Assembly: GCA_937876435.1 (NCBI GenBank)
Contig: CALEIL010000072.1
Coordinates: forward strand, 1-53,170
DNA length: 53,170 nt
Direction of reading: 5' to 3'
From: an uncultured Bacteroidota bacterium
GTDB taxonomy: Bacteria; Bacteroidota; Bacteroidia; Chitinophagales; Saprospiraceae
How positions within the stretch are numbered: position 1 is the stretch's first letter; every line of letters begins with the position of its first letter. Below, piece after piece: positions 28,171 to 38,565 of this stretch. Both the position numbers and the translations under genes were made by a program. The notes beneath the pieces are model-generated. The model was given only the letters and a program-made list of their open reading frames with translations. It searched no databases and was not told the origin of the DNA.

Positions 28171-29493
28171 ATGAAAATCAAGAATCTTCCATTGAAAATA
28201 TTTTCAGTTTTAATCGTATGCTGTATGGTATTGAGCATACAAAATTGTTCAAGAAGTACAACCAGTCTCATAAATGAATCTGGTATCACACCCAATGATT
28301 ATAAAGGGACGGATACCGAACGAATTCAGCAAGCCATCGACGAAGCACAACTAAGTGGACAAATAGTAAGAATTCCTCGCTCAAATAAGAACGGATCACA
28401 GATCTGGATAATCGATAGTGCCCTACTTCTACCCTCTCACATCAATATAGTGTTGGATAATTGCATACTTCAACTTTCCGATCAGAGCAGGGACAATATG
28501 TTTCGCAGTGACAATGTCGGATCGGGCATCACAGATCCGATATGGAACCAGGACATCGTCATATCCGGAATAGGTCAGGTGGAGTTACGCGGAGCTACTC
28601 ATCCACGATCCACTGGTGATGGCGGTCGTATGTTGACATTGGATCCGCAAAAAGAACAGGAAGAAGGTAACTGGCGTGTGAGTTATGGCAGCGATGCAGG
28701 AAAAGAAGGCGTCCGGCAAAAAGGCGACTGGCGCAATATCCTGATTTTAATGGCTTTTGTGGATGGCTTCACGCTTGAAAACATCCGTATCAAAAATGCC
28801 CACGCCTGGTCGGTCAGTTTTGAAAGGGTGCACAACGCCAGTTTGAGCAACATTCAAATTAACAATTCAGAATTTGTAACAGTGAAAGGACAGAAGCGGA
28901 TGACATCCAACAAGGATGGCATCAATTTGCGGCAAGGATGCAAAAATTTTCGAATTCAAAATATTTCGGGTCGTACGGGGGATGATTTTATCGCGCTTTC
29001 CAGTCTGGATTCCCAACCAGAGGAGCCGAAATCTCATGGAAGTATTTCTTCCACCATGGTCACTGCCAGCCGCTATTACGGACCAGAAGATGATATAGAG
29101 AACATAAAGATCAACAATATTCAATGTTCCAATCGGTACCGGGCGATTGCCATACGCGCTAGTGGGGAGTCCCGTATTCACGATGTATATATCGATGGAT
29201 TGGTCTTCCAGGCTGAAGAGGAACGGTATGACGCCATTTTACTCGGCGGCAAGGGGTATGGACCTATGAACATACCCGGGGGAATCAGCGAGATATACGT
29301 GATGAATATCGTCGGAAACGGTCAGTCGCTTGTTCGGATCGAAGCCCCCGTGCGCAATTGTCATTTCATGAACGGTATGTATACCGGTGTGAACGAATCC
29401 CCGACTTTGTATACCATAAACCGATCAGCAGTCGAAGGCGTAACGGAACTCAATTGGCATAAAGCGACCACAGATAGTGGTATCCAGGATTGA
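28171..29493 (+). CDS. GH28-like right-handed beta-helix lipoprotein
   Basis: Lipobox IQNC after ATG 28171; DTERIQQAID; NKDGI and TGDD resemble the GH28 NTDG/GDD catalytic motifs. Confidence 0.7.
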   Translation: MKIKNLPLKIFSVLIVCCMVLSIQNCSRSTTSLINESGITPNDYKGTDTERIQQAIDEAQLSGQIVRIPRSNKNGSQIWIIDSALLLPSHINIVLDNCILQLSDQSRDNMFRSDNVGSGITDPIWNQDIVISGIGQVELRGATHPRSTGDGGRMLTLDPQKEQEEGNWRVSYGSDAGKEGVRQKGDWRNILILMAFVDGFTLENIRIKNAHAWSVSFERVHNASLSNIQINNSEFVTVKGQKRMTSNKDGINLRQGCKNFRIQNISGRTGDDFIALSSLDSQPEEPKSHGSISSTMVTASRYYGPEDDIENIKINNIQCSNRYRAIAIRASGESRIHDVYIDGLVFQAEEERYDAILLGGKGYGPMNIPGGISEIYVMNIVGNGQSLVRIEAPVRNCHFMNGMYTGVNESPTLYTINRSAVEGVTELNWHKATTDSGIQD

Positions 29494-29596
29494 TATTTGA
29501 GTCTCAGTCATGTTATGGATGATGTCGTGGTTGATTTGGATTTTTCCAGACAAAAGCGTATATTACATTCTGTATCAACTAACTAAAAGTCAAACA

Positions 29597-29956
29597 ATGA
29601 AAAATGTCCTCCTCCCGATCCTGCTTGTCCTGGCCACAGGGTTGGGATGTGAGAAGACCACCCAGGTTCCCAATAAGGATATCCCCCATTGGCTGGAGGA
29701 GATCATCGCAGAGGCAGAAAAGGAACTTATTTCCGACCCAAATGCGATTGTTGGAAACACCGGTTGGATCCAGTATGAATTTCAGGGTCTGGATTATTAT
29801 CAAAATGATATCCCCTTCAGTTCATATTTTCCGCATTTGTATACGCAGGACGGAGAAGTCGCATCAGGCGCTGGCTTTTCACTGAACGATTATTTTGAAC
29901 ACAGATGTTGTAAACGGGTCATTTGGAAAGGACCGAATTATCAAGAAATCAGATAG
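29597..29956 (+). CDS. Small lipoprotein (DUF6970-like)
   Basis: Lipobox LGC; IPHWLEEII...YEFQG..YY...LY..DG...VIW pattern; ATG at 29597. Confidence 0.6.
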   Translation: MKNVLLPILLVLATGLGCEKTTQVPNKDIPHWLEEIIAEAEKELISDPNAIVGNTGWIQYEFQGLDYYQNDIPFSSYFPHLYTQDGEVASGAGFSLNDYFEHRCCKRVIWKGPNYQEIR

Positions 29957-30159
29957 CTTAGTTGCTTTTAGTGTGCGGAAACCCAAGTAGAAATTTATAG
30001 TTTCGGGTCCCTGAAAATCTCGGACTCGGAAGGCTGGGATGCCGGCGGGAAGGGGCATCTGAAGCCGAGATTGACTCTAAACCGGGCTCCAGACTCTCTA
30101 TCGCACAGGCTGCCAGGCTTACGACTGAAAGGAGTCCACTGTACCCAACCCTGGTGCTC

Positions 30160-31179
30160 CTATTTCGCCTTCAAGTCCAAACACCAAACATCGTTGACCA
30201 ATGGTGGTGTCATGCCTCCGGCGATCCAGAGTTTATCCTGAAATACAAATACGGAATGCTCGTGACGTTCCTTCCACGATGCACCTTCCGTACGAAGTTG
30301 ACTCCAGTTTTTCCCGTCTCTGGAATACCACGCATCCGGCCAGTTCTTGTACGGATTCCCGGACCACCCCCCGATCACCCACATAAGATCTTTATAAACC
30401 ACAGATGAGAACCAGATCCGTTCGTGCCAGGGAGCTGCTGCGGTTTCTTGTCGCCAATGGATGCCATCGGTACTGCTCCATACATCGTTGAGTCCCGAAT
30501 ATTCAGGATCGTAATTTCCACCCCCCATCACATAGATCCGGCCATTCATCGCCACAGCCTGGTGAAAAGCCCGGGGTGGCCAGGGCGCATTGTCAGTCGC
30601 CAATTCCCAGTGTTCTCCGTCTTCGGAAAACCACACGTCATTCAACAGGCTCGAATCATTGCCGTAATAGTAATGCGTCGTACCGCCCAGGATCCACATT
30701 TTTCCGTCAAACTCAACGATGGCTGCGGCGCATCGAGGAGACCAATTCGCATTCTCTGCTTCCAGAGTCCAGTGCTTCCCATCCGTAGAGGACCAGACCT
30801 GGTTGCTCGCGGACCGGTCTTCCAACCGACCGTTGTACCAGCCCCCCATCATCCACATTTTGTCCTTGAAAGCGATCGACATCGGCAAGTCGCTGTGCAA
30901 CCACGGAGCATCGTCGGTCACCAGTTGCCAGTTTTTTCCGTCAGCTGATTTCCACACGTCCCGGGGTGGGGATTCGTAGGAACTTTCCCACCCACCGAAA
31001 ATCCACATGTGGCCATCATAGACCACCTCGCCCTGCGAATCCCGCGCGGACCAATCCACCGAATCTGCTACTTTTGTCCATCGGACTTCAGAGTTCTGTG
31101 AAACCAAACTACAGGGTAACAAAAAAAATATAAAAAAAAGACAAACGATATCTTTCATAGATCTACTAACATTGGGCAA
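30160..31179 (-). CDS. Secreted Kelch-repeat beta-propeller protein
   Basis: About six repeats of W-x-x-R...KMWxxGG...NDVWxSxDGxxW. Confidence 0.88.
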   Translation of the reverse strand: MPNVSRSMKDIVCLFFIFFLLPCSLVSQNSEVRWTKVADSVDWSARDSQGEVVYDGHMWIFGGWESSYESPPRDVWKSADGKNWQLVTDDAPWLHSDLPMSIAFKDKMWMMGGWYNGRLEDRSASNQVWSSTDGKHWTLEAENANWSPRCAAAIVEFDGKMWILGGTTHYYYGNDSSLLNDVWFSEDGEHWELATDNAPWPPRAFHQAVAMNGRIYVMGGGNYDPEYSGLNDVWSSTDGIHWRQETAAAPWHERIWFSSVVYKDLMWVIGGWSGNPYKNWPDAWYSRDGKNWSQLRTEGASWKERHEHSVFVFQDKLWIAGGMTPPLVNDVWCLDLKAK

Positions 31180-31225
31180 TAAAAAAAATCATAGCTCCAG
31201 ACTTGGTTTTGTTCGATGAACCCAA

Positions 31226-31537
31226 TTATTCGTCATAATTAAAATACATTTTGGGTAAATCCCGCCTGGCACTTAAAATTCTCACAATTCGAATTCGATC
31301 TTCAAGTATCCTGTAAAATACAATGTGATCATCTTTAACAATGCTTCTCAGGCCCTTGAAAATTTCGGGTCTTTTTCTTCCAAGATGAGGATCTGCCAAT
31401 AACTTATCAAAAATATCTTCGAAAGAGAGCACATAACTTACTGCCTGATCTGTTCCAAAATCAGCTAATGTATATTCGTAAATATGCTCAAGATCATGAT
31501 CGGCTTCGAGTGATAATTCAATGAACAAAACGATCAA
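31226..31537 (-). CDS. parE: ParE/RelE family toxin
   Basis: ADHDLEHIYEYT..FG..QA..Y, P.LGR.RPE and HIVFYR...IRIVRIL motifs. Confidence 0.88.
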   Translation of the reverse strand: MIVLFIELSLEADHDLEHIYEYTLADFGTDQAVSYVLSFEDIFDKLLADPHLGRKRPEIFKGLRSIVKDDHIVFYRILEDRIRIVRILSARRDLPKMYFNYDE

Positions 31538-31773
31538 CTATTGCTTTCGGTTAACTGAAGTTTGTCACGAACAATATCAGCGGCGGTCCTTTCACTCGTT
31601 TCTCCCTCCCATCCTTTTTCAATTTCTGCACGCAAGTCTTCTATTACACGATGTCTGTAAGCTTGATGAAGCCTGAGAGCTGCTCGAACCACCTCACTGG
31701 CACTTTTAAAGTCACCAGATTGTATCTGAGAATTGATATACTCTTCCTGCTTTTTAGTGAAGCTGATATTCAT
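31534..31773 (-). CDS. parD: ParD-like (CopG/Arc/MetJ RHH) antitoxin
   Basis: MNISFT...SGDFKSASEVVRAALRL...LRAEIEKG; 4-nt overlap with the toxin. Confidence 0.88.
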   Translation of the reverse strand: MNISFTKKQEEYINSQIQSGDFKSASEVVRAALRLHQAYRHRVIEDLRAEIEKGWEGETSERTAADIVRDKLQLTESNS

Positions 31774-31792
31774 AATAATTAAGGTTAGTTTT

Positions 31793-31823
31793 CAAAGATA
31801 GTAAATATGACCATATTTAGCAA
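31793..31823 (-). promoter_or_regulatory. Bacteroidota housekeeping promoter (TTG-N20-TATCTTTG) of parDE with inverted-repeat operator in the spacer
   Basis: Consensus -7 TAnnTTTG at 31793-31800; TAAATATG-AC-CATATTTA at 31802-31819. Confidence 0.7.
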
Positions 31824-31848
31824 TTTTGGCCAAAGACACCTTTAAAAT

Positions 31849-33270
31849 CTAAGGCTTATTTAATAATTTCATAATAGCCTTCATCAGAACAGGTTCTACG
31901 CTGGGATCTACATTGGAAGCCCGGTCACTTACTTCGTAACCACCTTTACTGTATTGGGCGGTAGTCCCAATGTAACCGGGACCCAGATCACCGTAGGCAG
32001 ACATCGCCACATGAAGATCTGGTCGCTCCGCTTTTGCCGCCAGTTGGTATTCCACAAAGAGCTCGCCCGGCATAAACAAAATCCGTACATCTCCGGCCTT
32101 CAGCATGCCCACATCAATTTTCTTTCCATGCTCCATACGATCCAGGAAAGCCAATTTCCGTGCCAGGTGATTGTTGTTGATCAGTATCGAATCATTGTCA
32201 TTGATTTCGTCGCGAATTTTATAGAGATGCTGACCTACGGGCAGGGATACTTTCTCCACTTCCCACACGAGACCTTCCGATGGGATATCTTGTATCTCAG
32301 TCGCTTCCCACGCTCGTTTCATACCATCCGCCAACCGCTCCGCCAGGATCAGTCTATTTTCCATGGAACCATCGTTGTACTTTCCAGCACCGATGTTGCC
32401 CCCGGCTCCGGTAAAGTGGATATGCAACGCCTGTGGAACCGCCAATTGCCTGAAGAACCGTGCCACGCCAGGAAAATCCGGATTGGGGATGCCGGTCCGG
32501 TAGTAACTCTGAGGGTGGGTCGCATAAAAACTCATTACCGCCACGGGTGCGTCGTCGTTCCAAAAACTTACCACGGACACCATGGGATCGATCACACCTT
32601 CGGGCTCTGCACGCAGCTCTGGATCTTTGGTCGCTGTATACCGAGTAGCCCGCACCATGCCGTTTTCATCGTATATATTCCGGTTGGAAGCCACCTTAAA
32701 AACCTCGGCCTCCCCAAATCCGATTTTATTTACCGGCGTCGAATGTTCCAACGCTCTGCGGACAGTATTGCGAAGTTCGTACAAGACCTCGCGTCCAAAC
32801 GATCCATCAAAATTCACCGTCGTATAGGAAGCCGGATCCGTTCCGACAGCCAGCAATTGCTCCTCGGCACCCAGATCAAACCACGGTGCATCGTGCTGAT
32901 GCAGTACGTTAACGCTCACCCGCTCGGGCGTAGTCCCTACTGCCTCAGCCAGGCTACCCTTGAAGGCATCCATGCCCTCGTTGCTAATGGCGATCCAATC
33001 AATAGCGCACAGGACGATCGGGGCCCCTGCCCCCCGGATCACCACCCCTTTGGCTCTCAAACCCAAATCCCATGTCCCTACTTGCTTATTGTAAGTCAGG
33101 AAATCCCGGTCCACAGGAGGCGTGACATCCATATCGAAAGTAGAGATGCGAAGATTACCATCCATATTCTGTCCATGAACAGGAGGCATCAACAAAATCA
33201 TAAGGAACAATAATAAATACACTGGATGGGCTAATAACCATTTCAAATACTGACTGGAAGGTATGTTCAT
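31849..33270 (-). CDS. Neutral/alkaline ceramidase-like metallo-amidohydrolase (paralogue 4, HQH type)
   Basis: DVTPP, VLHQHDAP, VASNR, FYATHPQSYY, GAGGNIGAGKYNDG and MPGELFVEYQL motifs. Confidence 0.72.
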   Translation of the reverse strand: MNIPSSQYLKWLLAHPVYLLLFLMILLMPPVHGQNMDGNLRISTFDMDVTPPVDRDFLTYNKQVGTWDLGLRAKGVVIRGAGAPIVLCAIDWIAISNEGMDAFKGSLAEAVGTTPERVSVNVLHQHDAPWFDLGAEEQLLAVGTDPASYTTVNFDGSFGREVLYELRNTVRRALEHSTPVNKIGFGEAEVFKVASNRNIYDENGMVRATRYTATKDPELRAEPEGVIDPMVSVVSFWNDDAPVAVMSFYATHPQSYYRTGIPNPDFPGVARFFRQLAVPQALHIHFTGAGGNIGAGKYNDGSMENRLILAERLADGMKRAWEATEIQDIPSEGLVWEVEKVSLPVGQHLYKIRDEINDNDSILINNNHLARKLAFLDRMEHGKKIDVGMLKAGDVRILFMPGELFVEYQLAAKAERPDLHVAMSAYGDLGPGYIGTTAQYSKGGYEVSDRASNVDPSVEPVLMKAIMKLLNKP

Positions 33271-33512
33271 ATTTATAAGCTTTACTACTTAATCTGAAAA
33301 CGGTTATAAATATATTGAAAATTAAACTGGTTTACAGCAACACAATGTAGCGATCAATGTATTTCTCTCGTCACAGGACAAGATTGACAGATAAAGGAGT
33401 GACCGATTGTAGTTCCAGATTCCCCACCAATCTCCATTGATTACCTGGGAAACACACAACACCTTCCGGTCCTGACCCGGAATCTCTCAAATATTAGAGC
33501 TCGACCATACGA

Positions 33513-33532
33513 CAATGGGTCGTGACCCATTG
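33513..33532. repeat. Stem-loop CAATGGGTC-GT-GACCCATTG downstream of susD (REP-like or mRNA 3' hairpin)
   Basis: Perfect 9-bp inverted repeat 37 nt past the susD stop. Confidence 0.5.
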
Positions 33533-33569
33533 GACCCTCAATTCTCCATTGTCCCTTGTCAATTATCAA

Positions 33570-35285
33570 TTAATACCCCGGATTTTGGGCAAACTCTGCG
33601 TCGACATTGAGATCAATCTGCTCCTGAGGAATCGGCCACAACACATGATGAGGCTCCATTCCAGCCCCTGGATTTTCTGGATTGTCGTTGTACTTCAGCG
33701 TTCGCTCCAGCAATTTTCCTACCCTTCTCAAGGTCACCAGTCGCCATTCCTCACCATAAAGTTCCCGGGCCCTTTCATCTAAAATATAATCGATATCTAT
33801 GTCTGAAGCACTCACGGGGGTAGCCTGCGCCCTGTTGCGCACGCGGTTCACATCTGCGGCTGCAAGATCGGCGTTTCCAGTGCCCAAATACGCTTCAGCT
33901 CTCAGCAACAATGTTTCGGCAAACCTCAGCGCGTACCAATCTTTATGGGTAATACCACCACCGGCACGATTGGGCTGCAGGAAATAATTCAGGGGATCCA
34001 AAAATTTGGTATGCATCGGGTACAAAATTTTGGTAGTATCCTCAAGTAAGTTGGGACGAGGTGGATCGTACAGACTCAAATCAATCTTTTGATTGTGATA
34101 GGCCGATTCCGGATTGTCGAAGTAATAGTCGCGCTTAATATTGTGCTCGGCATTGCGCATGTCGGTATCCCAATCATCTTTCCAGAGGGTGTAATATACC
34201 AGACTGGTTCCCCGAACGTTTGCGGTTCCCCGGCTCAGGGTATCAGAATAACCGGTGTGACGTCCGTCAAAAACCGTACCCAGAATCGATTCATACCCGT
34301 CAGGAGTCAGACCCAGGTCAAAATACCGAGGTCCAAAAATATACGCGCTGCTGATCTGTCCGCCGCCCTGGATCAGGGGTTCGACCTGGATGACCCACAT
34401 CGCTTCTGTATTCTCGGGTAAGTTGTGGTTTTCAAACCCAAATAGATCGTAATATGGGTCCCCGGAACCAAAAATATCGTTGCTCAGGTGGTTGCCAAAT
34501 CGTTCGGTCATGAGGTCATAATCAAAGCCTTCGATCACCTGCGTGAGGACTTCCACAGCGGAAGCCGGATCGTCCATCTCCAGGTATACCTCACCGAGGT
34601 AGTGCAACGCAGGTCCTTTGGTAATCCGGCCAGGTGCAGCTTCATCGCCCGGATCGGGTAAATGCTCAGCAGCAAAGGAGAAGTCTTCGACCATCTGCGC
34701 ATGAATCGAGCTGACAGGATCGCGTACAAAATCCGCTTTCGCCGATTCGATAGGCTCCGTGAGCAAAGGAATATCGCCGTAGGTAGAGACCAGATAGCGA
34801 TACTGAAAAGCTCTGAAAAACCGCGCTTCGCCCAGGTACAAATCTTTACCCGCCTGACCATCCGCGAACACTTCCGGATCGAGCTCTGAGATTTTGTCGA
34901 TCAACACGTTGGCCATTTGAATAACCTGGAAACCGGTATTCCAGGTATCCACTACGTATCGTCTGGTAGGAGAAATATCTTTATAGTTGTTAATATAAAA
35001 CGGCGTTCTCAGTGGTGATTCACCTACGTAACCCAGGTCACTCCCGTGGGCTCGCCAGTTCATAGTACCAAACTCGGTAAACGAATAGTAAGCATCGCGG
35101 ACGCGTACATGGAGTGAGGTGATCCCCTGCACTACCCCATCTTCGGTCAAAAACGCATTTTCGGGTGAAAAGAAGTCCTGCGGCTTTTCCTCCAGGATGT
35201 CCTCGTTACAGGCCGTAAACAGGAAGAGGGCCGCTACAAATAGAAGGGATGTGTTTTTTAGTATTGATATGGTGTGATTTCTCAT
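33570..35285 (-). CDS. SusD/RagB family outer-membrane lipoprotein
   Basis: Lipobox FTAC; GEARFFRA..Y, RFAETLLLRAEA, VRNRA, ERARELYGE and WPIP...QNPGY motifs; ATG 35285 preferred. Confidence 0.93.
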   Translation of the reverse strand: MRNHTISILKNTSLLFVAALFLFTACNEDILEEKPQDFFSPENAFLTEDGVVQGITSLHVRVRDAYYSFTEFGTMNWRAHGSDLGYVGESPLRTPFYINNYKDISPTRRYVVDTWNTGFQVIQMANVLIDKISELDPEVFADGQAGKDLYLGEARFFRAFQYRYLVSTYGDIPLLTEPIESAKADFVRDPVSSIHAQMVEDFSFAAEHLPDPGDEAAPGRITKGPALHYLGEVYLEMDDPASAVEVLTQVIEGFDYDLMTERFGNHLSNDIFGSGDPYYDLFGFENHNLPENTEAMWVIQVEPLIQGGGQISSAYIFGPRYFDLGLTPDGYESILGTVFDGRHTGYSDTLSRGTANVRGTSLVYYTLWKDDWDTDMRNAEHNIKRDYYFDNPESAYHNQKIDLSLYDPPRPNLLEDTTKILYPMHTKFLDPLNYFLQPNRAGGGITHKDWYALRFAETLLLRAEAYLGTGNADLAAADVNRVRNRAQATPVSASDIDIDYILDERARELYGEEWRLVTLRRVGKLLERTLKYNDNPENPGAGMEPHHVLWPIPQEQIDLNVDAEFAQNPGY

Positions 35286-35332
35286 CGTATTTATTTTTTC
35301 TATTAGCAAAATCATATGTACTGTTCTCATGA

Positions 35333-38300
35333 TTAGAAGCTGAGTCGAATACCAGCAATGATATTTCGCATTACGGGGGTATCACTTAAACCCGATTCGG
35401 GGTCCCAACCCTGCCATTTGGTCCATACGTAGGGGTTTTTACTTGAAATATAGATCTGCAGATTGTTCAACCCGACAGCGTTTAGTTTGCTATCGTCAAA
35501 ACTATACGCCAGGGACACATCCTGCAATCGTACAAAACTACGACTCTGATAAATTCCACTCTCCTGGGGTGGATTATTGTAAATACCGGTGGTATTGGTC
35601 GTCGGTGCATCGGGTCTCCAATAATCGTTTATAGCCGAATTGTTGTGTCTGTTCGGAAAATAGAACAATGGGTTGACATAGTCGGCGATATCCGCTTTAT
35701 AGTACTTATCTCCGCCCTGGATGGAATTGATGTTAACATTCAGTGAAAAGGGTCCGTAGGTCAGGGTATTGTTGATGCTAAATCGAAAACTGGGATCTGC
35801 ATACCCAATAATGTCGCGATCTTCGGTGGGTGTTATCGCACCGTCACCATTGATGTCCTCGTATCGGAATTGACCGGGCAGCCATCCTTCAAGCGGAATT
35901 TCACCCGCAAAAAATTCTTGTTCGGTCCACACCCCACCGGTCATCCGGTAGTCGTACAACGCGCTAATGGGTTCTCCCACGAACCAGCCGTTTCCGACGT
36001 CGGCGTCGTTATCATTCCCGTACAATCGGGTAATTTTATTTCGGTTCAGCGAAAAAACAAACTGGCTTTCCCAACTAATTAGCTGGTTATCAAAATTGAT
36101 AGAATTCAATTTTATGTCAACCCCTTTATTTTGCAGGGCACCAATATTAGCCCAGACATTGGAATAACCAGCTGCTCTGGGTAATTGCCGTTGCACCAGC
36201 ACATCTTTGGTATCCGAAGTGTACAGGTCAAGTGACCCGTTCAACCGGTTGTTGTAAAATCCAAAATCGATTCCGAGGTTGATGGACTCGGTGGTTTCCC
36301 AGGTGAGCCCAGCGTTCCCCAACGTGGACGGATAGAGTCCGATCGACGTCGTTTTATCATACACGTAATAACTCGTACCCATTCGGGACAAGCTTGAATA
36401 CCGACCGACGCCCTGGTTTCCATTGAGCCCGTAGGACACTCTCAGTTTTCCGTAATAACCTCCCAGGCCCTTCAGGGCATTTTCTTCGGAAAAGACCCAG
36501 GCCAGTGACAACGATGGGAAGGTAGCCCATTTGTTGCCTTCGCTAAATCCGGAAAATCCATCGCGGCGGATGGTTCCGGTGATCATATATCGAGAATTAT
36601 AACTGTAGTTCACACGAGCCATAAGTGCCAGGCTGTTCTCTTCCCAAGCGGTGGAAGAAACGCTTGAAATTTGGCCCAATCCCAGATTATTGAATCCCAG
36701 CGCAATATTATCGAACCCTTCGGCCCGCGCATTGGTCGAGCTGCCTGTTCTGCCTTCCCGGCTAAACAACAAAGTGGAATTGATCTGATGATTTCCAAAA
36801 GTTCGCAGGTAGGTCACGATATTATTGAGAATCCAATCGCGATTTTGCGAGGGGTTTTTGATCGCTAGTCCTTTGTTGGACACTCCAGAGGGTGTGTTGT
36901 AGCCGTGGAGGACGTTGTTTTCCCGGTTGTAAAATCGATTGGAGTAATTAAACTCGTTGGACAAGCCCTCGATCCAGGGAATATTGATCTTGATACGACC
37001 AGTCAAATTGAGCTGGTTGCGTTTATCCACGTCATCGATATAGGTGTATACCAGAGGATAGGGTTGAAAAAGTTCACCTCCCAGGTAAATGTCGTACGAA
37101 GGTTGACCGATATAATTGTTTGCCAGCGGGCTGGCTACCCGGGCGCTGGCAAGACTGGCCGGTTGTCCGGAATAGTCCGAAAACGTATACCCCAGGTTCG
37201 CTCCCAGCGTAATCCAGTCATTCACGTTGCTTTCCAGGTTGCTCCGGAGCGTGAGTCGTTTGTATCGGTCGTTGATTTGAATGCCTTCCACATCGGAGTA
37301 TGACCCGGAAAGAAAGTAGTTGATCTTATTACCACTCGACCCGGAAACGCTCAGATTATAATTTTGCATAGGGGCAACCTGAAGGACTTCATCCACCCAG
37401 TCGATGGAATTTCCAGCCAGGTAGTTGTCCTTTTCTTCCTGGGTCAACAGGTAGGTGGAAACCAGTTGTCGGTCGGTCACATCGGGTCGTACCGGACGGC
37501 CTTCCGGGCTTTCGGGATTGGTCGCGTACCATTGATACACGAGGTTTTGGTGGCTGTAATCCACCAGTCTGGTGGCAAATTCCTCAGCGTTCATCACCCT
37601 CATGGGGTTGTTGGTCATATCCTGGAATCCGTAATACGAATTGAACGATATAACCGGTTTTTCTGATGTTCCGGATTTGGTCGTGATGATCATTACCCCA
37701 TTGGCCGATCGCGAGCCATATACGGCTGCGGCGCTGGCATCTTTGAGGATGTCGATTGTTTCTACGTCATTGATGTTGATGTCCGCGATGGAACCGTTGT
37801 AAATAATTCCGTCGAGAACGATCAGCGGTGAATTGCTGGCGGAGAGAGACGTCTGACCCCGAATGGAGAACGCAGGTTGGCCACCAGCTCCCCCCCGACC
37901 TTCAATGTTGATACCGGCCGTAGCCCCGGACAAGGTCTGGAGCAGGTTCACGTTGGCCTGGTTCTCCTTATCTTCCATTTGAATCCGTTCCACGGCTCCT
38001 GTCAGGTCACTCTTCTTCACGGTACCGTAACCCACTACGACCAATTCATCGAGGAGTTGGGCATCAGATTCCAACACGATATTGAATGTCGTTTGCCCGT
38101 TCACCGGCACTTCCAGGGTCCGGTATCCCACGTACGAAAAAACGAGTATGCTCTCTTCATCGACCTCCTCCAGACTAAACCTTCCATCAAGGTCCGTCGA
38201 GGTCCCATTATTGGTTCCTTTTTCCAGTACGTTGACCCCGATCAGGGCCTCCCCATCAGCCCCGGTCACCGTTCCGGACACTTCGATGGCTGGCTTCTGA

Positions 38301-38479
38301 TCCGGGGTTGTTTCAAAGGTCGGATATTCCACAAAGCGAGTTGAATATCCGATCACGGGAAGGAAAAAAATCATAAGGGCACCAAACCTTAAATTCCTAT
38401 AGGTATTTCTGCATCTCAACGTTTGATGCGCTAATCCAACCCAAAATCCTTGTTGAAATTTTTTCTTGATCATAATCAT
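35333..38479 (-). CDS. SusC/RagA TonB-dependent transporter
   Basis: CarboxypepD_reg-like N-domain, VVVGYGT, ILKDASAAAVYGSRSANGVMIITTK and C-terminal Phe. Confidence 0.96.
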   Translation of the reverse strand: MIMIKKKFQQGFWVGLAHQTLRCRNTYRNLRFGALMIFFLPVIGYSTRFVEYPTFETTPDQKPAIEVSGTVTGADGEALIGVNVLEKGTNNGTSTDLDGRFSLEEVDEESILVFSYVGYRTLEVPVNGQTTFNIVLESDAQLLDELVVVGYGTVKKSDLTGAVERIQMEDKENQANVNLLQTLSGATAGINIEGRGGAGGQPAFSIRGQTSLSASNSPLIVLDGIIYNGSIADININDVETIDILKDASAAAVYGSRSANGVMIITTKSGTSEKPVISFNSYYGFQDMTNNPMRVMNAEEFATRLVDYSHQNLVYQWYATNPESPEGRPVRPDVTDRQLVSTYLLTQEEKDNYLAGNSIDWVDEVLQVAPMQNYNLSVSGSSGNKINYFLSGSYSDVEGIQINDRYKRLTLRSNLESNVNDWITLGANLGYTFSDYSGQPASLASARVASPLANNYIGQPSYDIYLGGELFQPYPLVYTYIDDVDKRNQLNLTGRIKINIPWIEGLSNEFNYSNRFYNRENNVLHGYNTPSGVSNKGLAIKNPSQNRDWILNNIVTYLRTFGNHQINSTLLFSREGRTGSSTNARAEGFDNIALGFNNLGLGQISSVSSTAWEENSLALMARVNYSYNSRYMITGTIRRDGFSGFSEGNKWATFPSLSLAWVFSEENALKGLGGYYGKLRVSYGLNGNQGVGRYSSLSRMGTSYYVYDKTTSIGLYPSTLGNAGLTWETTESINLGIDFGFYNNRLNGSLDLYTSDTKDVLVQRQLPRAAGYSNVWANIGALQNKGVDIKLNSINFDNQLISWESQFVFSLNRNKITRLYGNDNDADVGNGWFVGEPISALYDYRMTGGVWTEQEFFAGEIPLEGWLPGQFRYEDINGDGAITPTEDRDIIGYADPSFRFSINNTLTYGPFSLNVNINSIQGGDKYYKADIADYVNPLFYFPNRHNNSAINDYWRPDAPTTNTTGIYNNPPQESGIYQSRSFVRLQDVSLAYSFDDSKLNAVGLNNLQIYISSKNPYVWTKWQGWDPESGLSDTPVMRNIIAGIRLSF

Positions 38480-38551
38480 TAATTTTGACAGGTAAGTGTA
38501 AATCCTATTAAAATACCGGCTGTCTCCTGGTCAGGCAAGAGTAAACCCTTC

Positions 38552-38565
38552 CGGTAACGTACACT
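38552..38565. promoter_or_regulatory. Degenerate LacI-type operator CGGTAACGTACACT upstream of susC
   Basis: First 9 nt identical to the palindrome; same offset to a -7-like element (minus TAATTTAG). Confidence 0.6.

Noticed and set aside
29990..30150. Degenerate GC-rich short repeats between convergent genes
   Set aside because: Too degenerate to define a unit or a known ncRNA.
27216..31773. Integron-like cassette array or transposon suggested by the TA modules
   Set aside because: No integrase, transposase, attC-like sites or target duplications seen.
31954..33213. 419-aa plus-strand ORF antisense to the ceramidase-like gene
   Set aside because: Shadow ORF with no recognisable motifs; long antisense frames recur throughout the window as a codon-bias effect.
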